From contig JALVPN010000165.1 in assembly GCA_027031765.1 (NCBI GenBank), positions 1 to 32,000 on the forward strand: a DNA stretch of 32,000 nucleotides. Reading direction: 5' to 3'. Origin of the DNA: Promethearchaeota archaeon. GTDB taxonomy: Archaea > Asgardarchaeota > Thorarchaeia > Thorarchaeales > Thorarchaeaceae. The translations under genes and the position numbers were made by a program. The notes under the pieces were generated by a model that was not told where the DNA came from, made no database searches, and saw only the letters and a program-made list of their open reading frames with translations. This document shows positions 26,271 through 32,000 of the stretch, one piece after another. Position 1 is the stretch's first letter, and each line of letters begins with the position of its first letter.

Positions 26271-26351
26271 TGACAGCAATTTGCATCACCTGAACTCTCT
26301 TGTCCAGTGATATCTCTCTCCGTCTCAGATGGTAATGAGTACTATCTGTGA

Positions 26352-26427
26352 ACCGTTCATGACGTCCCTGTCAGCGGAGTTATGCTCCATACAGTTGCTG
26401 TTTCCGGAGATTTCACCGTTCATGACG
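26352..26427. promoter_or_regulatory. Two identical 13-bp quasi-palindromic direct repeats ACCGTTCATGACG
   Basis: Exact copies at 26352-26364 and 26415-26427, 63 bp apart, between the HTH gene and the surface-protein gene. Confidence 0.55.
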
Positions 26428-26467
26428 GTTCATTGATGGCGGATAATGGTGTATCGGCGACGTATGG

Positions 26468-26962
26468 CTACCTTACGACCCGCTGCACCAGTGTTACGAT
26501 TCTCGTCCGTCCACTGACCTCTCGGGTGATAAGCGACTTCCTCTCGAGCGCTCCGAGCGTAACACTGAGGGTGGACTTGCTGAGTCCCGTGGTGCGTCTG
26601 AGTTCGTCCTGTGTCATCTGTCCCCCATTCTCTTCGAGCCTGTTGATGACACGGCGCTCAGTTGGTGTCAACGTCACAATCACGACCTCCCTGTCGTTGG
26701 GGGTTTCTGTCTGTCTGTCGTTATCGTACAGTGCGACCTCCAGCTGTGCAACTCTCCTGTGGAGCTGCACTATGATGAGGACCGCGACATTGACCACCAG
26801 CACAAGGGCTATGACTAACGCGATGGTCGTCGCAAAGAATGCGACCTCCCTTGCTATCTGACGTGCCTCTACCCACACCCACGCTGCCAGGCCAAGTGTC
26901 ACTGCTGAAACAATGACCAAGGCGAGGTCTAGGCGGCTGGTCGGTGGCTCTGTGCCTGGCAT
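26468..26962 (-). CDS. Membrane-tethered wHTH transcriptional regulator (COG2512-like)
   Basis: Two N-terminal TMs, short coiled coil, LTPTERRVINRLEENGGQMTQDELRRTTGLSKSTLSVTLGALERKSLI; start re-picked to ATG 26962. Confidence 0.85.
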   Translation of the reverse strand: MPGTEPPTSRLDLALVIVSAVTLGLAAWVWVEARQIAREVAFFATTIALVIALVLVVNVAVLIIVQLHRRVAQLEVALYDNDRQTETPNDREVVIVTLTPTERRVINRLEENGGQMTQDELRRTTGLSKSTLSVTLGALERKSLITREVSGRTRIVTLVQRVVR

Positions 26963-27098
26963 CTCTATTACATCCTTATACACCGGCACACATCTGTCTT
27001 TTAGTGTTTTGCTGGGCCGGACAGTGTCGTACGCTGCTGATACGTGTGTCACAAGACATGTCGGAGGTGGTCGCGGCCACCACCCATGCGATGCCCCC

Positions 27099-28427
27099 TC
27101 AGTCGTCCCGGGTGTTCAGTCCTCCCGCCCTATCATCTGGTGTATCCAGTGTCCTGTCCACATTGTGGTGCTCCTGTGGCAGGTCATATAGGACAATCTC
27201 GTGGGGCAGGAACAGCGTTTCCTCAGTATCTGGGAGCTCATTTGCAGCCTTGAGACTGTGCTTCACAGCCAGTGGCCCGATGAGTTCGAGCACCATCGTC
27301 GATACGGCGACAACTCCCAAGACGAGCCCCCCAATCTCTGCAGCCCTGCCACCTAGCGTGACGAACTGCTCCTCTATAATGAACGACAGTCCCAGCGCCA
27401 CACCGGCCTGGCATAGCAGACAAGTGCCAAGATACTTCCTCACGGCTGGCATGTCGCCCACGAGGGTTGCGCCTGCTCGCGTACCCACATACTTCGCCAG
27501 TGTGCGCCCACCAAGGTAGAGGGCTGCAGTGACAAGGATTAGGACCAATGTGGTGGCTGTCGTCAACAGGTGGGCCATCCGGGCACCTACAAGTACGAAG
27601 AATACCATCACTACCGGTGACATTATCTTCTCCAGCATCACCGGCACCTGCTCCTTGTCCTCGTCAATGTACCTCCCGACCACGAAGCCGAACACCATCG
27701 CAGCAAAGATGTCACTGAACTCGAAGAGCTGCACCACCCCTATCAGTAGGAGCACCATGCCAAGTTCGAGTTCAAGGAGTCGCCCCCTGTCGGCCTCACG
27801 GTTCACCGGTATCAGGAACAGGAGGCCAAAGACAATGCCTATCGCTGCCGAGCCGAGTATTTTTAGCACGGGCGTCAGCAACGCCGACATCAGATCCGTC
27901 GTCGTCGGCGAGTAGACCCAGAGCGCGTAGGATATCGCCGCGTTTGTCAGTATCACTGCCGCGACATCGTCAGCTGCTAGGACAAACATCAGTGATGAGG
28001 TCACCGGCCCCTCACAGTCGCACTCCCAGACAACATCTGCAGTGGCAGCCGGGGCCGTGGCACTTGCGACTGAGCCGAAGAGGACTGCCCAGTGCCACTC
28101 TGCCGTGATGATGTACGTCAGTACCGAGACCAGTGCGAAGGCTGCAGTGGCCTCGAACACAACTATGACTGCAAGTTTCTTAGTGCGCCCCTTGATCTTC
28201 TCGCTCTTCAGTTCATGGCCAATATTGTATCCGATAAGTCCAAGGGCAAGGGCCACAAAGATACGCAGGCTCTGGACCCACTCCTGCGTGAGCAGCCCCG
28301 TCAGGCTCAGCACAATGCCCGCAAGCATGAACCCCAGTGTCTGTGGTATGCCAGCCCTCTTCAATATGTGCGCGCCAATGAATGCAAGCACTATTGATGC
28401 GCCTAAGACAAGCAGCGGTGACTCCAC
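27099..28427 (-). CDS. Cation:proton antiporter (Na+/H+ exchanger family)
   Basis: About 12-13 TMs; IGYNIGHEL, ATAPAAT, ADDVAAV, FFVLVGA, RTLAKY, CQAGVALG. Confidence 0.92.
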   Translation of the reverse strand: MESPLLVLGASIVLAFIGAHILKRAGIPQTLGFMLAGIVLSLTGLLTQEWVQSLRIFVALALGLIGYNIGHELKSEKIKGRTKKLAVIVVFEATAAFALVSVLTYIITAEWHWAVLFGSVASATAPAATADVVWECDCEGPVTSSLMFVLAADDVAAVILTNAAISYALWVYSPTTTDLMSALLTPVLKILGSAAIGIVFGLLFLIPVNREADRGRLLELELGMVLLLIGVVQLFEFSDIFAAMVFGFVVGRYIDEDKEQVPVMLEKIMSPVVMVFFVLVGARMAHLLTTATTLVLILVTAALYLGGRTLAKYVGTRAGATLVGDMPAVRKYLGTCLLCQAGVALGLSFIIEEQFVTLGGRAAEIGGLVLGVVAVSTMVLELIGPLAVKHSLKAANELPDTEETLFLPHEIVLYDLPQEHHNVDRTLDTPDDRAGGLNTRDD

Positions 28428-28565
28428 TTACCTGACCCCATCTTTTGTATCGACACCCATCTGATAGAACCGCCCCCTTAATACCTTCCCCTACACGTGC
28501 AATGAACAACACATATAACTGTTGGCAGCACAGTACTGGATGACATACAGTATTGGGTGATAAAT

Positions 28566-28943
28566 ATGGACACGCGACAGGTGGAGGAAGAAGTCGTGCG
28601 CTGGTCGAAGGAAATCAAGCGTGGTGCCGCCGAACTGGCAATCCTGGCAGTCCTCAGTCAGGGCCCCAGCTACGGTTACGAGGTCGTCAAGCGCCTGCGC
28701 CAGCATGCTGGCGAGTTCCTCGCCTTGGAGCAGGGCACCGTGTACCCCCTACTCCGACGGCTCGAAGGCAAGCGGGGCCTGCTCAACAGTGAGTGGAACT
28801 ATGACGACCCCACGAGACCCAAGAAGTACTACTCCATCACGGAGGCCGGACGTCATGCACTCCACAGCATGTCCCGACTATGGGCCACCTTGGCTGCTGA
28901 GATGAGTAACATCTTGGAGGTCTGTACAGATGGACCGGACTGA
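28566..28943 (+). CDS. PadR-family transcriptional regulator
   Basis: LAILAVLSQGPSYGYEV, GTVYPLLRRLE, KKYYSITEAGR, C-terminal W helix. Confidence 0.95.
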   Translation: MDTRQVEEEVVRWSKEIKRGAAELAILAVLSQGPSYGYEVVKRLRQHAGEFLALEQGTVYPLLRRLEGKRGLLNSEWNYDDPTRPKKYYSITEAGRHALHSMSRLWATLAAEMSNILEVCTDGPD

Positions 28944-29979
28944 AGACCTCATCTGGGACTATCTCGAACGTGTACGGATCTACCTGCCAATCGGCAGTGA
29001 TGACCTGCTCAGGGAGATCCGCACCCACCTGCTTGAGGCTGCGGAGGACATTGGAAGGGGTCAGGTCACGCCTGGCGCGGTCATGTTGGCAATCGAACAG
29101 CTCGGTGACCCCAAGACCGTTGCCAACGAGTATGCTGGTACTGGCCGTACAAAGGGCCCGGTCCCTGTAGAACTGGTCACCCCTCTTGTGCGGTCTGTCC
29201 TGGTGGTCGCTGGTATCGGTGTGGGTCTGATTACTGCGTCGCTGCTCGTTGGCCCTGCAATCGCGGCCGCGCTTGGTGAGGCACAGGGCATTGCAGTGTC
29301 AGTCCTCACAAGTGTCGCACTTGGGTTGTGCATGCTCGTGGCCCTTGTCATTGGAGTACATGTCCTTGAGTCAAAGGGTCTACCCACTGAGAAGACCGTA
29401 CTCGACATGGTCCTGGATGTTGGCACTGGCCCCTTCCAGCCGCCGTCCAGGTTGTCGGCATCAGTTGCCACGGTGATGTTGGGCATCGGGGCTATACTTG
29501 TCGTGCACCCGTCGGTGATGCCACTCTATTCCGCCGAGTTCAGAGTGTTCGTCCCGGCCATAGCGGTACTGCTGCTGCTGGCTGCAGTGCTGTCCCTCGC
29601 ATTGACGGCGTTTGGGGAGAACAACTTGCTGCTCGTCGTGAATGTTGTCTTGAGTGCTGTGTGGATATGGCTTGTCTCCCAGCTGGTCTACACAGGCTGG
29701 CCCACTACATACGCGTGGGCCTGTGAGGACGGTGGCTGTCACCTCGTCAGTATCAGTGAAGTCCTAGCGGAGAACCCGCCCCTTGGCACAGTCCTCGATG
29801 TCATCTGGCTTGCTGCCCTCTTCCTCGTGGTAGTGCTCTCGGTCTGGGAGACCAATGTCGCTATCTCAAAGGTGGTCTACTACCTGCACATTGGTCGGGG
29901 CCTATGGTGGACCGGTACGTGGGGATGTTCGTGGCTGCTGGCATGGATTGCACGTCGGCGGGGGCTCCCGCCACCATGA
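28930..29979 (+). CDS. HAAS/DUF1700-like domain multi-TM protein (PadR partner)
   Basis: IWDYLERVRIYL..LREIRTHL..IEQLGDPKTVANEY followed by about 7 TMs; overlaps padR stop. Confidence 0.8.
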   Translation: MDRTEDLIWDYLERVRIYLPIGSDDLLREIRTHLLEAAEDIGRGQVTPGAVMLAIEQLGDPKTVANEYAGTGRTKGPVPVELVTPLVRSVLVVAGIGVGLITASLLVGPAIAAALGEAQGIAVSVLTSVALGLCMLVALVIGVHVLESKGLPTEKTVLDMVLDVGTGPFQPPSRLSASVATVMLGIGAILVVHPSVMPLYSAEFRVFVPAIAVLLLLAAVLSLALTAFGENNLLLVVNVVLSAVWIWLVSQLVYTGWPTTYAWACEDGGCHLVSISEVLAENPPLGTVLDVIWLAALFLVVVLSVWETNVAISKVVYYLHIGRGLWWTGTWGCSWLLAWIARRRGLPPP

Positions 29980-30070
29980 CGGTCCAGTCCTCACGGTTCC
30001 CGTCCACTCCCGCCGTAGTCCAGTCGGCCCAGTCCACCCCGTGGTCTTGAGAGGTGCAGGAGGGGGTGCC

Positions 30071-30751
30071 CTAGGACCCGTCACTCTCTGGGGCCCTTCC
30101 TGCACCATACACACAGAGGTCGTTCAAGAAGCAGGAGCTACAGTGTGGTGACCTGGCCCTGCAGGTGCTCCTACCGTGCCGGACAAGGTTATGGTTCAGG
30201 TGGTATATGCACCTCTCGTCCAGTATCGACTCCAGCAGCGTATGCGCCCGCTCCCTGCTGGTGCCCTCGGGGATGAGCCCCAGTCGTCTGGTCACCCTCC
30301 ACACATGCGTATCAACAGGGAGTGCTGGCCTGCCGAAAGAGAACAGCAGTACGATTGCTGCGGTCTTTGGCCCGACGCCATGGAGTGACATCAGCCAGCG
30401 CCGTGCCTCCTGCAGCGGCATCTCTCGCAGGTGCTCCAGCTCCAGTCCGCCAGTCCGTTCTCTAATCTCACGGAGCGCACGTCTTATCCTCTTGGCCTTG
30501 ACCGCGCTCAGCCCCCCACTGCTTATTGTCGTGGCGAGCTGTGCCTCGTCGGCATCCGCCACATCCTCCCAGTCTGGGTACCGTGCTCTCAGTCTATCAT
30601 ATGCCCTCCGGGCCAAGACATCAGTGGTGTTCTGACTGAGGATGGTAAGTACCAGCTCGGCCACCGGCTCTAGTCTGCGCGTCGTTATTGTCTCGCCGTA
30701 GTGTTCCCGTAGTCGTCTGCAGACCTCCTGTGCAGTTGACTTGACGTTCAT
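30071..30751 (-). CDS. nth: Endonuclease III (HhH-GPD, 4Fe-4S)
   Basis: LTILSQNTTD, LHGVGPKTA (catalytic Lys), PVDTHV, CRARSPHCSSCFLNDLC; start re-picked to ATG 30751. Confidence 0.93.
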   Translation of the reverse strand: MNVKSTAQEVCRRLREHYGETITTRRLEPVAELVLTILSQNTTDVLARRAYDRLRARYPDWEDVADADEAQLATTISSGGLSAVKAKRIRRALREIRERTGGLELEHLREMPLQEARRWLMSLHGVGPKTAAIVLLFSFGRPALPVDTHVWRVTRRLGLIPEGTSRERAHTLLESILDERCIYHLNHNLVRHGRSTCRARSPHCSSCFLNDLCVYGAGRAPESDGS

Positions 30752-30834
30752 GTCTTGACACCAGCACGTCAGACCACTGGTCGGACGCGGCCCATTCAGA
30801 AGACTCATCAATAGTCTGCGTCCAACAGTGTAGT

Positions 30835-31278
30835 ATGGACGAGCCACATGTTATTGTAGTCTACGAAAGCACACGTGGGCGCACCAAGGCAATGGCTGAG
30901 GCCATCTGCGCGGGTGTGACCGGGGAAGGTGTGGTCTGCCGGATGCTCACTGCGACCGAGTTGAACGACATTGGGGGTGCATGCGGGCTGGCGGTGGGGT
31001 CTTCCACGCGCATGAAGCGGCCCTTGCCGGGAATCCGTACACTCCTGTCACGACTGCCGACGCTTGACGGGCTCCCTGCTGCTGCCTTCGGCTCATACGG
31101 GTGGAGTGGTGAGGCGCCTGATGAGATTGCACGGCTGCTCGCCGAGCGTGGTGCAGTCCTACTTGATGAATCGCCGGTGAAAGCAAAGGACTACCCATCT
31201 GAGGATGCGCTTGAACGCTGTCGTGACCTGGGCCGTGCGCTCGCTGTGCGGTGTACCTCTACCGGAACGACACCATAG
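30835..31278 (+). CDS. Flavodoxin-domain protein (FprA-type)
   Basis: VVYESTRGRTKAMAEAI, VGSST, AAFGSYGWSGEA. Confidence 0.88.
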   Translation: MDEPHVIVVYESTRGRTKAMAEAICAGVTGEGVVCRMLTATELNDIGGACGLAVGSSTRMKRPLPGIRTLLSRLPTLDGLPAAAFGSYGWSGEAPDEIARLLAERGAVLLDESPVKAKDYPSEDALERCRDLGRALAVRCTSTGTTP

Positions 31279-31315
31279 AGTACCACGTATATGTGGAGTT
31301 TCCCGGACTACGGGG

Positions 31316-32000
31316 TTGAGGGCCGTGGGTCACATTGCAAGGCTGACAGGCTATGCTCTACGTCACAAGGCCCACTTTGCTGGTTTCATGAGTGCCGCCG
31401 CGGTGGCAACAGTCTTCAACCTACTCACCCCACTGGTCCTCGTCCGTATCATCGACACGGTGGTCCCCAGTCAGAAGCTTGCCCTCATAGTCCCACACGC
31501 CCTGCTCTATCTCGCCCTGATTGTCGGCTATGCACTGTTCGACTTTGTCCAGCGCTACCTCAGTGCACTGATGGCACAACATGTGATCTTTGAACTGAGG
31601 GCCGAGCTGTACGAGTCGCTCATGTCGAAGGACCTGGCCTTCTACGATGAGAACGAGACCGGCCAGCTCTTGGCCCGCGTCACAACTGACGTGACGACGA
31701 TGCGCCAGTTCCTACTATGGGGCTACCGCGTGATATTCACCGGCGCTGTGACACTGGTGGGGACGTACTATGTGATGTTCACACTGAGCCCACGACTGAC
31801 CATGTGGATGCTACTGGTGCTGCCCGCGCTCGGCTATGTGATTTATGCCTTTGCCAAGCGGGTGCGCCCGGTCTTCTTTGCGGCAAGAGACCAGTATGGA
31901 CGGCTCAGCGCGGTCTTGCAGGAGAACATAACTGGGATGAAGATTGTCCAGTCATACTCAACACTTGAACATGAGAGCAAGAGGGTCGAGCAAGAGAACC
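31316..32000 (+). CDS. ABC exporter (fused TMD-NBD type), N-terminal transmembrane domain; runs off window
   Basis: Not in the ORF track. Manual translation: ...RIIDTVV...QHVIFELRAELYESLMSKDLAFYDENETGQLLARVTTDV...VLQENITGMKIVQSY. Confidence 0.9.
   Translation, partial: MRAVGHIARLTGYALRHKAHFAGFMSAAAVATVFNLLTPLVLVRIIDTVVPSQKLALIVPHALLYLALIVGYALFDFVQRYLSALMAQHVIFELRAELYESLMSKDLAFYDENETGQLLARVTTDVTTMRQFLLWGYRVIFTGAVTLVGTYYVMFTLSPRLTMWMLLVLPALGYVIYAFAKRVRPVFFAARDQYGRLSAVLQENITGMKIVQSYSTLEHESKRVEQEN

Noticed and set aside
1-32000. Long antisense or alternate-frame ORFs in the track (for example 15958-16920, 25767-26273, 14449-15234, 18097-18867)
   Set aside because: They overlap well-supported genes and are typical shadows of GC-rich coding sequence.
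1-32000. tRNA, rRNA, transposase, integrase or selenoprotein (in-frame TGA) signals
   Set aside because: No T-loop/cloverleaf, rRNA signature, DDE or tyrosine-recombinase motif, or TGA-interrupted conserved frame found by eye; tRNAscan-SE and Infernal runs would be needed to exclude them fully.

Overview
Gene-dense, GC-rich archaeal chromosomal window. Archaeal origin is supported by an archaeal-type uS19, a histone-fold gene, TATA boxes and GAGGTG Shine-Dalgarno motifs. An Asgard (Thorarchaeia-like) source is my inference and is not proven. About 32 CDSs are supportable, most of them ordinary: ICMT/PEMT-family methyltransferase, AmmeMemoRadiSam radical SAM enzyme, EtfB plus ferredoxin-fused EtfA, TrmB-, PadR- and ArsR-type regulators, DUF318 permease pair, TPR proteins, M42 peptidase, NfeD, MFS, two SAM methyltransferases, GT4, cation:proton antiporter, endonuclease III, flavodoxin and a partial ABC exporter. 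I saw no rRNA, tRNA, CRISPR array or mobile element. Best leads: (1) a six-gene operon (13.5-17.0 kb) pairing a MacB/FtsX-LolD-type ABC transporter with Cys/His/Met-rich exported proteins (DUF4418-like, NosL-like), plus a convergent Cys-motif membrane protein, possibly a non-Nos metal-handling system; (2) an unannotated 29-aa basic micro-ORF with its own palindrome-flanked promoter, structured 3' region and terminator, divergent from an ArsR-like regulator; (3) a DPM2-like membrane protein; (4) a tail-anchored single-barrel QW-repeat (prenyltransferase/class II cyclase fold) protein; (5) a short alpha3-truncated histone; (6) a stand-alone, divergent uS19; (7) a sequon-rich surface protein preceded by a membrane-tethered HTH regulator and paired 13-bp repeats. 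All family calls are motif recognition by eye, with no database searches. Several start codons were re-picked from the supplied ORF track.
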